Shown here piece after piece: positions 11,297 through 23,860 of a DNA stretch of 64,000 nt. This DNA comes from an uncultured Chloroflexia bacterium (lineage in GTDB: Bacteria; Chloroflexota; Anaerolineae; JAAYZQ01): assembly GCA_963700285.1 (NCBI GenBank), contig CAVOXA010000010.1, forward strand, positions 1,440,001 through 1,504,000. The letters run 5' to 3'. Within the stretch, counting starts at the first letter, position 1; every line of letters begins with the position of its first letter. The notes beneath the pieces were generated by a model. The model was not told the DNA's origin. It ran no database searches and was given only the letters and a program-made list of their open reading frames with translations. The translations under genes and the position numbers were made by a program.

Positions 11297-11325
11297 TTGA
11301 CATATCGGTCAATATGCCTTACAAT
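11297..11325 (+). promoter_or_regulatory. Sigma70 promoter for the EF-G paralog
   Basis: TTGACA-17-TACAAT. Confidence 0.65.
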
Positions 11326-11454
11326 TAACTGTTGGGTGATGATTCTGTGTCTTTGCCCTGCTATTGATCTGCATCATCACCATCCCACTATCCAGCAGCA
11401 ACTACACGCCCGATAGGCGTTGGGGGTAGCGATGACTTTTGACGGAGGAATTGG

Positions 11455-13529
11455 ATGACGATCTACAAGAGTGACAAGTTGCGCAATGTTGTCCTGTTGG
11501 GCCACGGCGGATCGGGCAAGACCTCGCTGGCCGATGCGATGCTGTTCGATACGCGGCGCGGTCAACCGCCTGGGCCGCGTGGACGATGGCACGTCGGTTT
11601 CCGACTGGGACGAAGAGGAACGCCGCCGCAAGATGTCCATCAACACGTCGCTGATCCCCTGCGAGTGGCAGGGCTACAAGCTGAACGTGCTGGACACGCC
11701 CGGCTACATGGATTTTGTCGGCGAGGTGATCAGTGCCATTCACGTGGCCGACAGCGCTGTGGTCGTTCTCGACTCGGTGAGCGGTGTGGAGGTGGGTACC
11801 GAGCAGGTGTGGCACTATGCCAGCGAACAGAAATCTTCCCCGGCTGGTCTTTGTGAACAAGATGGAGCGGGAAAACGTCGACTTTGGCAGCGTCGTGGCC
11901 CAGATTTCGGCCAAGTTCGACGTGGCTGCGGTGCCGTCCAATTGCCCATCGGCAGCCAGGCCGATTTTAAGGGGGTCGTGGATCTGCTGGCCCAGAAGGC
12001 CTACCTGGGCGAGAAAGCGACCGAGGGCCCGATCCCGGACGACATGGCCGATGCGGTCGAAGAGGCGCGCATGGTTCTCATCGAAGCCGCGGCCGAGGGC
12101 GAAGACGCGTTGATGGAAAAGTACTTTGAGGAAGAGACCCTGAGCGACGACGAGATCCTGGCAGGGTCTCAAGGCCCGGATCGCCCAGGGGGACCTGGTG
12201 CCCGTGCTGTGCGGCTCGGCGGCGATGAACATTGGCATGCAGCCCCTGATGCAAGCCATCATCCAGTTTCTGCCATCGCCCGTAGAAGCCGGACCCTACC
12301 TGGCGCAGAACCCGGCGACCGGCGCGGAGGTCCAGCTCCAGGGCGATTCGGCCGGCGACCTGGCGGCCCTGGTGTTCAAGACCATGGCCGATCCCTACGT
12401 CGGCAAGCTCTCCTACTTTCGCGTCTATTCCGGCACGCTCGAGTCTGATCCCGCGCGTTACAACAACCGGACCGGCAACGAGGAGCGGATCGGCCAGGTC
12501 TATATCATGCGCGGCAAGGAGCAGAGCCCTATTGCCAGGGTCCCGGCGGGCGACATTGGGGCGGTGGCCAAGTTGAGCGAGACCCAGACCGGCGACACCC
12601 TCTGCGACCAGGGAGTGCCCCTGCGGCTGAATCCGCCGGTCTATCCCAACCCACTCTATTCGGTGGCGGTCAGCCCCAAGACCAAGGCCGATGCAGCCAA
12701 GATCAGCCCCACGCTGACCCGCTTGAGCGAGCAGGATCCGACCCTGACCTGGCGCCAGGACCGGAGCACCCGCGAGACCATTCTGTCGGGCATGGGCGAC
12801 ACGCACATCAACGTCGCGGTGCGGCGCATGGAAGAGACCTTTGGCTTGGGCCTGGATACGGCCGTACCCCGCGTGCCCTATCGGGAGACCATCACCCGGG
12901 AGGCCGCGGCCCAGTACCGCCACAAGAAGCAGACGGGCGGCGCAGGCCAGTTTGCCGAGGTCCACATGCGCGTCGAGCCGCTGGAACGCGACGCCGGCTT
13001 CGAGTTCGCCTGGGAAGTGGTGGGCATGAACGTCTCCAAGACCTTTGGCCCCTCCATCGAAAAGGGGGTCAAGGCGGTCATGGAGCAGGGCGTCATCGCC
13101 GGCTATCCGGTGGTCGACGTGAAGGCCGCTGTGTACGATGGCAAGGAGCACCCGGTGGACTCGAAGGACATCGCCTTCCAGATCGCCGGGCGCGAGGTGT
13201 TCAAGCTGGCGGTCAAGGATGCCGGGCCGGTGCTGCTGGAGCCGATCTACAAGTACACCATCACCGTGCCCGAGGAGTATATGGGCGACGTGCTGAGCGA
13301 CCTCAACACCCGGCGGGCCCAGGTGCTGGGCATGGACCAGGTGGGGGACAACAGCATCGTCACGGCCATGGTGCCGCTGGCCGAGATGCAGCGATACGTC
13401 AGCGACCTGCGCTCCATCACCCAGGGGCGCGGCGTCTTTACGCTGGAGTTCGCCGACTATCAGCAACTGCCCAATCACCTGGCCGATCAGATCATTGCCG
13501 CTTCGCAGCGAGATTCTGAGGAGAAATAG
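11455..13529 (+). CDS. fusA: Elongation factor G paralog (EF-G2-like), frameshifted
   Basis: GHGGSGKT, DTPGYMDF, NKMERE, HKKQTGGAGQFAEV, DGKEHPVDS, LRSITQGRG; not in an rpsL-rpsG-tuf context. Confidence 0.8.
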
Positions 13530-13556
13530 GGCCGCAGTTACCCAGTTGGCTGCTTC

Positions 13557-13596
13557 AACGGCCGTCTGACTCCCATAGAGTCAGGCGGCCGTTTAT
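13557..13596 (+). terminator. Intrinsic terminator
   Basis: AACGGCCGTCTGACTC-CCATA-GAGTCAGGCGGCCGTT followed by T-rich bases. Confidence 0.65.
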
Positions 13597-13818
13597 CGTT
13601 GTGGGCCGCTCTGGACATTCTTTCCGAGTTGCGCTATACTCAGTACACTGCGGCCGGGGCTCGCAGTGGGTGCTTGAGCGCCCGGAAGCGCGCTGAGGCA
13701 CGTCCTGAGCACCGCCGAAGGATGCGCGCCACGACCGGAGTGGTTGCGCTACTGATTATACCATGACCAGAAGGCTGAGCATGGACGTTGACCACCAGAC
13801 AGATGTGGGAGGTAAAAC

Positions 13819-15043
13819 GTGATCGACAAGAACTTTCCCGGCAAAGGCCGTGTGGCCGTGCTCCGTACGCAGCCCGAAACAGTACTGGATGATTATCACC
13901 GGCTGCTGAAGCTGGCTGACTATGAGGTCGGCCCTGCCCAAGGACAAAGAGACACTCCTCAAGATCAATATTTCCTGGCAGCAGTGGTACCCTGCCTGTT
14001 CGACGGCGCCGTGGCAGTTGGAGGGGGTGGTGCAAACCCTGCTGGAAGATGGCTATCGGGACCTGATCGCCGCTCACAACCGGACGGTGGTGGTGGATGC
14101 CTATGTGGGCGAGCGGAACAACAAACACAAACTGGTCACCGACAAGTATGGCCTGCGCAATGTACACCTCTATGAGCCCGAGATCGAGTGGGTAACCTAC
14201 CAACCCAAGGCGCCCATGCTGGTGCTGGACAAGGTTTATCCCGACGGGATCAAGATCCCCAGCATCTTTTTCGACAAGAACATCATCCAGTTCCCCACCG
14301 TCAAGACGCACGTCTTTACCACCATCACCGGGGCGATGAAGAACGCCTTTGGCGGGCTGCTCTCCGAGCGACGGCACTGGACCCATGCCGTTATCCACGA
14401 GACGGTGGTGGACCTGCTCGCTATCCAACAAGAGATCCACAGCGGACTGTTTGCCGTGATGGATGGCACCTTTGTGGGCGACGGTCCTGGTCCGCGGGCC
14501 ATGTGGGTCCAGGAAAAGGACTTGATCCTGGCCTCGGCCGACCAGGTGGCCATCGATGCTGTCTCTGCCTACCTTCAGGGTTTTGAGCCCATGGAGCTGG
14601 ACTTTATCCGTCTGGGCACAGGAGCGGAGAGCTGGGTATCGGCGACATCAAGCAGATCGAGGTCGTTGGGCGATGTGGACCTGGATGAGGTGCGCTGGCA
14701 TGCCCGTACCGGCGAGACTTTTGCCAGCCAGGGACAAAAGATGATCTACCATGGGCCGCTCAAGCCCTTGGAAAATCTGCTGCTGCGGACTCCCATTGTG
14801 CCCTGGTCCTTTGCAGCTTCACGGGCCTACTATGATGGTTTCTGGTACCCCTTTGTCGGCAGCAAGCGCGTGCAGGAGGCCCTCGATACAAAGTGGGGGC
14901 GACTGTTTGCCGGGTATGGCAATGTACCGGCCGTTACCAAGCCCCTCTATGAGCCCCGGGTTGCGGCGGCCGGGGTGCTGGGCGCGGCTGCGTCGGCCAT
15001 GGCTCTGTGGTGGCTGCTGAGCAGAGGAAAAGAGCGGGACTGA
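13819..15043 (+). CDS. DUF362 domain protein, frameshifted
   Basis: LKINISWQQWYPACST, PTVKTHVFTTITGAMKNAFGG, MDGTFVGDGPGP, ASADQVAIDAV; GGGAGG SD; TGGACA-17-TATACT promoter at 13612-13640. Confidence 0.8.
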
Positions 15044-15049
15044 CGTCAG

Positions 15050-15180
15050 CTTACAATGCGCATCGATGCCACACCCGCCATTCTCGCGACAGCCTGGCCT
15101 CGCTCGACGCGCTCCTGCAGAGCATGGATCGACGGGGGCTGGACATGGTGGCGATCACGGATCACAATACGCTTGCAACT
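15050..15180 (+). pseudogene. N-terminal fragment of a PHP-domain phosphoesterase
   Basis: Reads (H)CHTRHSRDSLASLDALLQSMDRRGLDMVAITDHNT, the PHP HxH..S.D..ITDH signature, then similarity ends. Confidence 0.6.
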
Positions 15181-15237
15181 GGTCCATTTCTACTCTACGA
15201 ACGCCAAATGGCGAAAGCGAGCGGGAGCATACCTAAG

Positions 15238-16506
15238 ATGAGCAGGGTGGTGCGGCGCTTTGTAGGAAACCTGGGTACTTTTCTGCTGGCATTGTTGCTA
15301 GGCATTGTCGTTTGGATCACGGCTACGCTGGCAACTGACCCCATCGCGCAGGAGACATACTCTGGGGTTGGTGTGACCACCGTCAACCAACCCGCAGATA
15401 CGATCTTCTTTGAGCCTATCGTCGAAGAAGTTGATGTCCTGGTCCGGGCGTCGCAGAGTATCCTCTCCGATCTCCAGCCCTCTGACTTTGAGGCGATCAT
15501 GGATCTGTCCATCGTGGAACCTGGAACGCCTGCCGTGGTGCCGGTCGACGTGGGCACCAGTAGGGAATCGGTCCGGATCGAGGGCGTGAACCCCACGGCG
15601 CAAACTGTCCACCTGGAGGCCGTGCGGACCATTACCCTGCCGGTTACCATCGATGTGGAAGGGGAGGCGGCTACGGGCTATCAGTCATCCGGGCCAGGGG
15701 TCAATCCTACCCTGGCCACGGTCCATGGACCAGAGCCCTTTTTGGCGGAAGTAGCCTCTGTATCCGGCTCGCTGGAGGTGGAGGGCGCCAGGGACGACGT
15801 CATCCAGGAGGTGAAGATCAGGCCGCTGGATGCCAACGGCCGGCTGGTGCCGGGTGTGGAGTGGAGTCCAGGCGAGGTCGAGGCGCGGGTGGGGGTACGA
15901 AGGCGGCTGGGCTACAAGCCTGACGTGGAGGTTGTGCCTGACCTGCGCGGCGAGCCGGCACCGGGATATCGCCGGGGGAGCGTAGATGTCGAGCCCTCGA
16001 CCGTGACGCTGGCCGGTTTGCCTTCCGTCCTGGACGAGCTGCCCGGCTTTATTGAAACATCCCCCATCTCTGTCATCAGCGCGACGCAGGACCTAACCGT
16101 CCGCAGCCCGTTGACCGTGCCACAGAACGTCGTCGTCGTGGGTGTGGACTTTGTCACGGTTACGGTCGAGATACTGCCCATCCTGAGCAGCCGGGCCATG
16201 ACGGCCACGGTCGAGATCCGGGGGGTGAACTCGGGCTGGACGGCTACTACCTCGCCCAGCGTGGTGGATGTCATTCTCGAAGGACCTGATACGCTGCTGG
16301 CCGAACTGACGTCGGCAGACATCCGCGCAATCGTCGACGTCGACGGGCTGGGGTTGGGTGTCCACCGGGTCGAGCCCGATGTCCTGGCCCCCGAAGAGGT
16401 GACCGTGGTCAGCGTGATCCCGGAGACCATCGAGGTGGTCATTGCCCGCGGGCCAACGCCCACGCCATCGCTGACCGTGACGCCAACCCTTACGATCACG
16501 CCCTGA
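15238..16506 (+). CDS. cdaR: CdaR/YbbR-like protein
   Basis: N-terminal TM (FLLALLLGIVVWI) followed by repeated beta-rich YbbR modules (GEPAPGY..VEPSTVTLAG). Confidence 0.8.
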   Translation: MSRVVRRFVGNLGTFLLALLLGIVVWITATLATDPIAQETYSGVGVTTVNQPADTIFFEPIVEEVDVLVRASQSILSDLQPSDFEAIMDLSIVEPGTPAVVPVDVGTSRESVRIEGVNPTAQTVHLEAVRTITLPVTIDVEGEAATGYQSSGPGVNPTLATVHGPEPFLAEVASVSGSLEVEGARDDVIQEVKIRPLDANGRLVPGVEWSPGEVEARVGVRRRLGYKPDVEVVPDLRGEPAPGYRRGSVDVEPSTVTLAGLPSVLDELPGFIETSPISVISATQDLTVRSPLTVPQNVVVVGVDFVTVTVEILPILSSRAMTATVEIRGVNSGWTATTSPSVVDVILEGPDTLLAELTSADIRAIVDVDGLGLGVHRVEPDVLAPEEVTVVSVIPETIEVVIARGPTPTPSLTVTPTLTITP

Positions 16507-16525
16507 AGTTGAGAACCCTGCCCAC

Positions 16526-17512
<987 letters not shown>

Positions 17513-17587
17513 TCAAAGGATTCTTGGATTTTGCCAGGCTGGTGCGACATCCGTTTGGGACATGGCAACCCTGGGTGGGGGAACCTG

Positions 17588-17968
17588 TCATGCATTGTCC
17601 TGCAAGACACGGTTCAGACCAGCGGCCACGGCCGGGTCCTGAAAGATCAGGACGTTGCGCTGGACAAAGCGGCGGAGCAACTCTGTCCCCAGTTCCGTCA
17701 GGTGATAGTAGCGCCGCCGGGGACCGACGTCCGAAGGCTGCCAGGTACTCTCTACCAGACCCGTGGCCTCGAAGCGCCGCAGGGCGCGGTACAGGCTCTT
17801 TTCGTCGGCGGTGACGGTGCCCTGGCTGATGCCGGCCAGTTCCTGGCCCATCTCAAAAACGTACATGGCGCGATCGTGCAGCATCAAGAGCAGCCAGAAG
17901 GTAAGCAGGCCCTTTTTGTATACGCTCTCCCACTGGTCAAGCAAAGCTTGCACGGATTCGTCGTCCAT
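17588..17968 (-). CDS. PadR-family transcriptional regulator
   Basis: KKGLLTFWLL, SLYRALRRFE..GLV, GPRRRYYHLTELG. Confidence 0.9.
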   Translation of the reverse strand: MDDESVQALLDQWESVYKKGLLTFWLLLMLHDRAMYVFEMGQELAGISQGTVTADEKSLYRALRRFEATGLVESTWQPSDVGPRRRYYHLTELGTELLRRFVQRNVLIFQDPAVAAGLNRVLQDNA

Positions 17969-18010
17969 CGCTGGCTCTCTCGCAAAGTCTCTTCTAGGCT
18001 ATCCTGCTAC

Positions 18011-18043
18011 TTATAGTATACAACTACAGGTAGTATACTACAA
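18011..18043. promoter_or_regulatory. Putative PadR operator (inverted repeat)
   Basis: TTATAGTATAC-11 nt-GTATACTACAA (one mismatch) between divergent padR and MFS genes. Confidence 0.5.
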
Positions 18044-18194
18044 CTGACAGTGTTTGTCAAGCTGGGTGTCTGTCGCGAACCGGACCGGCTGCTCACTCAA
18101 GATCTTCCTGACAGAGGGTTATCAACGACGGCCATTTTGCCTATCAACGCTGCGCTATGCTATAATGCCCACACATTTGTATCGAGTGAGGCAC

Positions 18195-19391
18195 ATGGAA
18201 GATTCTCGACGACTGTTCCGCACCCTGGCAATCGCCAGTTTTTTTCTTTATCTCGGTTTCAACGTCTGGAGAGCTGTCTTTAACAATTTTGCGGTGGAAG
18301 AGATCGGGGTCACAGCGGCCCAGATCGGTGTCATCCAGGCCATACGCGAAGTGCCAGGGCTCCTGGGCTTTACGCTGGGCTTCCTGGCCCTGGTGTTTTC
18401 CGAGATGCGGATCATGGGCATCAGCGTGCTGATCCTGGGCGTGGGCCTGGTTCTCAGCGGCATGTCCGACATGGTAAGCGTGCTCATCCTGGGAACCCTC
18501 CTGATGAGCATCGGCTTCCATTGGTTCTACCCCAGCAGCAACAGCCTGGTACTCATGGGCATGGGCAGGGACGAGGCGCCCAGGGCCTTGGGCCGTCTGC
18601 AGAGCATCTCCGCCGCCGCCGCCGTGATCGGGACGCTGGTCGTCTGGGTCTTTATCGAGGGTGTTGACTATGGACCCATTGACATCCCCGCCTGGGGTTA
18701 TCGCACCACGCTCATTGTCATCGGCGTCGTGGTCATGCTGGGCAGCCTGTTCACCCTGCGCGACAAGATCCAGCAAGGAAGCCAGCGGGAGAAGCGCAAG
18801 GTCATCTTTCGCCGGCAGTATTGGCTCTATTACGTGCTGACCTTCATGATGGGCAGCCGCCGCCACATCTTTACGACTTTTGCGATTTTCATGCTGGTTC
18901 AGGTCTATGGCATCAGCGTGCGTGAGACGGCGACGCTGTTCCTGATCAACAACCTGGTCAATATCTACGCTAGCGCCCAGTTGGGCAGGCTGGTCGTGCG
19001 CTTTGGCGAGCGCAAGGTGCTGACCTTTAACTTTGTCGGGACTCATCGGCGTGTTCCTGGGCTATGCTTTTGTGCCCTACTTGCCCGTTCTGTTTGCCCT
19101 TTTTGTTCTGGATAACGTCTTCTTTGGCATTCAACCTGGCCATCGAGTCCTATTTTCAAAAGATCGCCCTTTCGCGGCAAGAGATTACCAGCAACGTAAG
19201 CATGGCCCAGACCATCAACCATATTTCGGCCTTGATCGTTCCGGTGGTGGGCGGCATCTTGTGGGAGCAGGTCTCGCCATCAGCCACTTTTCTGGCCGGC
19301 GTGGGGATCGCGGTGATCTCACTGGTACTGGTCCAGTTCATCCGGACGGCATCCGGTACCGGCGACGCCGGTGCTTGTAGCGGCAGACTGA
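18195..19391 (+). CDS. MFS transporter, frameshifted (3' end approximate)
   Basis: Multi-TM ORFs 18054..19115, 19033..19380 and 19064..; [21 protein letters not shown]. Confidence 0.75.
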
Positions 19392-19444
19392 TAGCGGGGC
19401 ATCCTTGTTTCGAATCACGTGACCAACTTCTGGGGGAGATAACC

Positions 19445-21433
19445 ATGTCAAACGACCTCGACCAACTCTGCGTCAATACCATCCGCACCCTGGCCATGGA
19501 TGGCGTGCAAAAAGCCAAGTCGGGCCACCCCGGCCTGCCGATGGGCATGGCCGATGCGGCTTACGTGCTCTGGACCCGGTTTCTGAAGCACAACCCCGCT
19601 GACCCGGCCTGGCCGGATCGCGATCGTTTCGTGCTCTCGGCCGGGCACGGATCGATGCTGCTCTACAGCTTGCTCTACCTGACCGGGTATGATCTGCCGC
19701 TGGAGCAGCTCAAACAGTTCCGGCAGTGGGGGAGCATGACGCCCGGCCACCCTGAGTACGGCGATACGCCCGGGGTGGAGACGACCACCGGACCGCTGGG
19801 CCAGGGCTTTGCTACCGGCGTGGGTATGGCTCTGGCCGAACAGATTGCTGGCCGCCCGCATGCAACCGGCCCGGTTTTGAGGTGGTGGACCATTACACCT
19901 ATGCCATCGTCAGCGACGGCGACCTGATGGAGGGGATCTCCCACGAGGCTGCCTCCCTGGCCGGGCATCTGGGCCTGGGCAAGCTGATCTATCTGTACGA
20001 CGATAACCAGATCACCATCGAAGGAAAGACCTCACTGGCCTGCAGCGATGACGTGCGGGCAGCGATTTGAGGCCTACGGCTGGCAGGTGCTGGCCGTGGA
20101 CGGGCACGATCGGGCCGCCATCGCCGCTGCCGTGGAGATGGCCCAAGCGGACGCGGAGCGGCCGTCGCTGATTATCTGCCGCACCCACATTGCCTATGGC
20201 AGCCCCAACAAGCAGGATACATCCTCGGCCCACGGCGAGCCGCTGGGCGCCGAGGAGGTCCGGCTGACCAAAGAGGCGATGGGCTGGCCAGCGGAGGCCG
20301 AATTCTATGTGCCTGAGGAGGCGCTAGCTCACTATCGCGCAGCGCTGGAGCAGGGCGCTGGTGCCGAGGGGGAATGGGACGACCTATTCGCCCGTTATGA
20401 GCAGGCTTACCCCGACCTGGCTGCCGAGTGGAAGCGCCGCCTGGCGGGGGAATTGCCGGCGGGCTGGGAGGAGGCACTGCCCATCTTTGAGCCGCAGGAT
20501 GGCCCCCTGGCCACCCGCGTTGCCGGCGGCAAGATTATGACCTCCCTGGCGCCTGTATTGCCGGAGCTGGTGGGCGGCTCGGCGGACCTTCACCCCTCCA
20601 CCAAGACCTACCTGAGCGACTATCCGGCGGTAGACAAGGGCAAGTTTGACGCCCGCAATCTGCATTTTGGCATCCGCGAGCACGCCATGGGGGCGATCAT
20701 CAACGGCATGGCCCTCCATGGGGGTTTCCGGCCCTATGGCAGCACCTTTTTGGTTTTTTCGGACTATGTGCGGCCCAGCGTACGGCTGGCGGCGCTGATG
20801 GGCCTACCGGTGATCTATGTCTTTACCCACGACAGCATCTTTGTGGGCGAGGACGGCCCAACCCACCAACCGGTGGAGCACGTGGCCAGCCTGAGGGCCA
20901 TCCCGGGACTGACCGTCATCCGCCCGGCCGATGCCAACGAGACAGCCGCTGCCTGGAAGACGGCTGTGGAGCATGGCGATGGCCCAGTGGCGCTGATCTT
21001 GACCCGCCAGGGGCTGCCGATCCTGGCCGCGGCGGATGCAGCGGGCGTGGCGCGGGGCGGCTATGTGCTGGCCGATGCACCTGCGCTCCAGGTGATCCTG
21101 ATGGCCAGCGGCTCCGAGGTCTCGGTGGCGTTGGAAGCCAAAGAGCTCTTGGCCGGGGATGGCATCGCGGCTCGCGTGGTCTCTATGCCCAGTTGGGAGC
21201 TGTTCGAGGCCCAGTCGCAGGCGTACAGGGACGAGGTCCTGCCGCCTGAGGTGACAGCGCGCGTGGCTGTGGAAGCGGGCGTGCCCATGGGCTGGGATCG
21301 CTACGCGGGGCCCCAGGGCGCGATCATTGCCATGCGGCGTTTTGGCGCGTCGGCGCCGTATCAACGGCTGGCTGAGGAGTTTGGTTTTACGGCAGAGAAT
21401 GTCGCCGCCCAGGCGAAAGCCTGCCTGGGGTAG
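19445..21433 (+). CDS. tkt: Transketolase, frameshifted
   Basis: [62 protein letters not shown]. Confidence 0.95.
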
Positions 21434-21453
21434 GATGGACCGAAGACAGATCA

Positions 21454-21487
21454 GGCGGGGCAGGCTGCTGAGCCTGCCCCGTTTTTT
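21454..21487 (+). terminator. Intrinsic terminator
   Basis: CGGGGCAGGC-TGCTGA-GCCTGCCCCG followed by TTTTTT. Confidence 0.8.
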
Positions 21488-21632
21488 GTGATGCAACAAC
21501 GAATCGGGAAGCGGAACGAATCTGCTGGGCCTAGACCCGGTGGATCCTGTATATTCAGTATCACGTCAGAGTTGTGCGAGCAGCTCCGCTGGATATGTTA
21601 GGATGTCCGACTTGATACCTGTGCGGACGGAA

Positions 21633-22362
21633 TCAGTTGTTCAAGGGCCTCTTGCTGGGCATGCCGGAGCGGCGGGGATAGGTCTCTGGGGTGGGGCTGA
21701 TCTTTTCGATGACGACGAGGGAACGATCTTCGGGCAGCCCGGACAGTTCGACGGGCATCACCCGGCAGAGTTGGCCGCCCAGTAGGGCCATGGATCTTTC
21801 GGCCTGCCAGGCTTCGGCGCCGCCCGCTTCTCCCTTCTGGGCCACCAGCCAGCCGCCCAGCTTGCAGAAGGGCAGCGCATACTCGATCACCACCGGCAGG
21901 TCGGCCACGGCGCGGGCCAGGGCCAGGTCATACTGCCCGCGGTGCTCTGGATCGTGGGCCAACTCCTCGGCCCGGGCCTTGACGGCCAGAACCCGGTGCA
22001 GTCCCAAGCGCTCTACGAGGTGCGTCAGGAAGGATACTTTTTTGCCGGTGGCCTCCAGCAGGGTGAGCCGGATGCCTGGGCAGACCAATTTGAGGGGGAC
22101 TGCCGGGAAAGCCCGCGCCACTTCCCACATCGATAGCGCGGGCCTCGGGCCGGCCGAGCGCCAAACGGGTCTCTTTGGCCAGGAGACAGGATAGCGAATC
22201 CAGAAAATGACGGATCTGCACCTGCTCATAGTCGGTGATAGCCGTCAGGTTGAATTTCTGGTTCCAGGCGACCAGTTCCTCGTAGTAGAGCTGAAAGCTC
22301 GCCTGCTGTTCGGGCGTCAGGGACAGCCCCAGGGCCTGCGCTCCGTCAACTAGTCGTTGCAT
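21633..22362 (-). CDS. rsmG: 16S rRNA (guanine(527)-N7)-methyltransferase RsmG, frameshifted
   Basis: WNQKFNLTAI..RHFLDSL, DVGSGAGFPG, LLEATGKKVSFL, ARAVA, YPRRSGMPSKRPL. Confidence 0.9.
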
Positions 22363-22478
22363 GGTCCGTGATCCATCGGTTTCCCTCAGGACAGGTTCGT
22401 GGCGCCTGTGCTCCTCAGATAGACAGAGCCCTCCCGGTTGATTGTTGCCGGGAGGGCTAAAGTGCGGGCAAGGTCTCG

Positions 22479-23621
22479 CTAGCGGCTGATGTGCATGGGC
22501 ATGACGACGCACAAATAGTCAGCGCCGCCGACCGGGCGGAGGACGCCAGGGCTGCTGGATGTGCTTGTTTCCAGGACGACTTCGGGTGTGCCAACGACCG
22601 ACAGGGCGTCGATCATGTAGCGGGCATTGAAGGCGATTTCGATCTCTTCCCCCTCAACGCTGGCGTCCATCTCACTCACATTGTCGCCGTACTCGGCCGA
22701 GGTGCCGGTCACAATCATCTGGCCTGGGGTCAGCTCACTGCCGGGCACGATGTTGAGGCGGATGATGTTGGCTGCGTCGCGGGCAAAGAGGAAGGCAACT
22801 TTTACTGCTTTGAGCAGGTCCCCGGTGGCGATGAGGGTGCGGGTACTGTGAGACGTGGGGACGATCTGTTTGTAGTCGGGAAAGTTGCCCTCGATAAGCT
22901 GTGAGACGAGATCGGTGTTGGACAGGTGAAAGAGGATCTGGTTTTGGGACGGGGTGATGATGAGTTCGATGGGGTCTTCCTGGTCGGCGCTGACGCGGCC
23001 AAGTTCGGCCAGGGCGCGGGCCGGGATAATCACGGTCGATGCCTCGTCCAGGTCGGCGCCCACATCCGCCGTGGACACCGCCAGGCGAAAGCCGTCGGCG
23101 GCGGCCAGGGTGAGGCTCCCCTGGTGAAATTGGGCCAGAACCCCCGTGAGGATGGGGCGGCTCTCATCGGTGGCCGCTGCAATGACCACTTGCTCGATCA
23201 TCTGCCGGAATGTATCCGCATCCACGTGGAGATTGTTCCGCCCGTCGATGGTATCGGCTGTCGGCACAGAGGGGAACTCGCCAGCCTCGATGCCCTTGAT
23301 GTTGGCCTCGTAGCGGGCGCATTTGAGATTGAGCGTCTGAGTGCGCTCGGTGAGTTCCATATCGATCTGGCCGGAGGGCAGTGAGTTGACAAACTCGGTG
23401 AGCAGGCGGGCCGGTACCGTCGTGCGACCCTCCTCCTCGATACGCGCGCCTACCCAGCAGCTGATGCCAATTTCCAGGTTGGTGGCGGCCAGCCTGAGGC
23501 GGCCCTCGTCGGTCTCCAACAGGATGTTGGACAAGACCGGCAGGGTCGAGCGGGCGGCAACAGCCCGGCCCACGGTAGCCAGCCCCTTTGCCAGGTTCTC
23601 TTGCAGGCAGCTGATCTTCAT
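22479..23621 (-). CDS. dnaN: DNA polymerase III beta clamp
   Basis: MKISCLQENL, STLPVLSNILL, ATNLE, DESRPILTGV, ADGFRLA, LIEGNFPDY, C-terminal VVMPM; AGGAGG SD. Confidence 0.95.
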   Translation of the reverse strand: MKISCLQENLAKGLATVGRAVAARSTLPVLSNILLETDEGRLRLAATNLEIGISCWVGARIEEEGRTTVPARLLTEFVNSLPSGQIDMELTERTQTLNLKCARYEANIKGIEAGEFPSVPTADTIDGRNNLHVDADTFRQMIEQVVIAAATDESRPILTGVLAQFHQGSLTLAAADGFRLAVSTADVGADLDEASTVIIPARALAELGRVSADQEDPIELIITPSQNQILFHLSNTDLVSQLIEGNFPDYKQIVPTSHSTRTLIATGDLLKAVKVAFLFARDAANIIRLNIVPGSELTPGQMIVTGTSAEYGDNVSEMDASVEGEEIEIAFNARYMIDALSVVGTPEVVLETSTSSSPGVLRPVGGADYLCVVMPMHISR

Positions 23622-23860
23622 GGCGACCTCCTTCACGAGCGCTAGTAATTGGGGTGGCCCGTAGCCCCACCACAACATCTGGGGGTTCGCACGGGACATA
23701 TCATAGTATACTACAAAACTTCCAGAACCTCAAACGGGGGTGGGTGAGTGATTCGCCTGGCCTACCGCGGAGGCACGGCGATGGAGGGGGAGAATGGTGA
23801 TCGAGGGAGGCAAACTCGGGCCAACCGGTTCGCAGCAGGTAGGACGCCCTGAGGCGGCAC

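Noticed and set aside
12078-13478. 466-aa minus-strand ORF and similar long antisense ORFs (44176..45270, 49688..51067, 52416..53759, 1454..2533)
   Set aside because: Shadows of well-supported genes on the opposite strand, expected in high-GC DNA
15007-16506. 499-aa PHP-CdaR fusion protein
   Set aside because: The PHP part is only a short N-terminal fragment; CdaR has its own SD-like GGGAG and ATG at 15238
19064-19927. MFS-transketolase fusion
   Set aside because: Read-through is likely an indel artefact; tkt has its own GGAG SD and ATG at 19445
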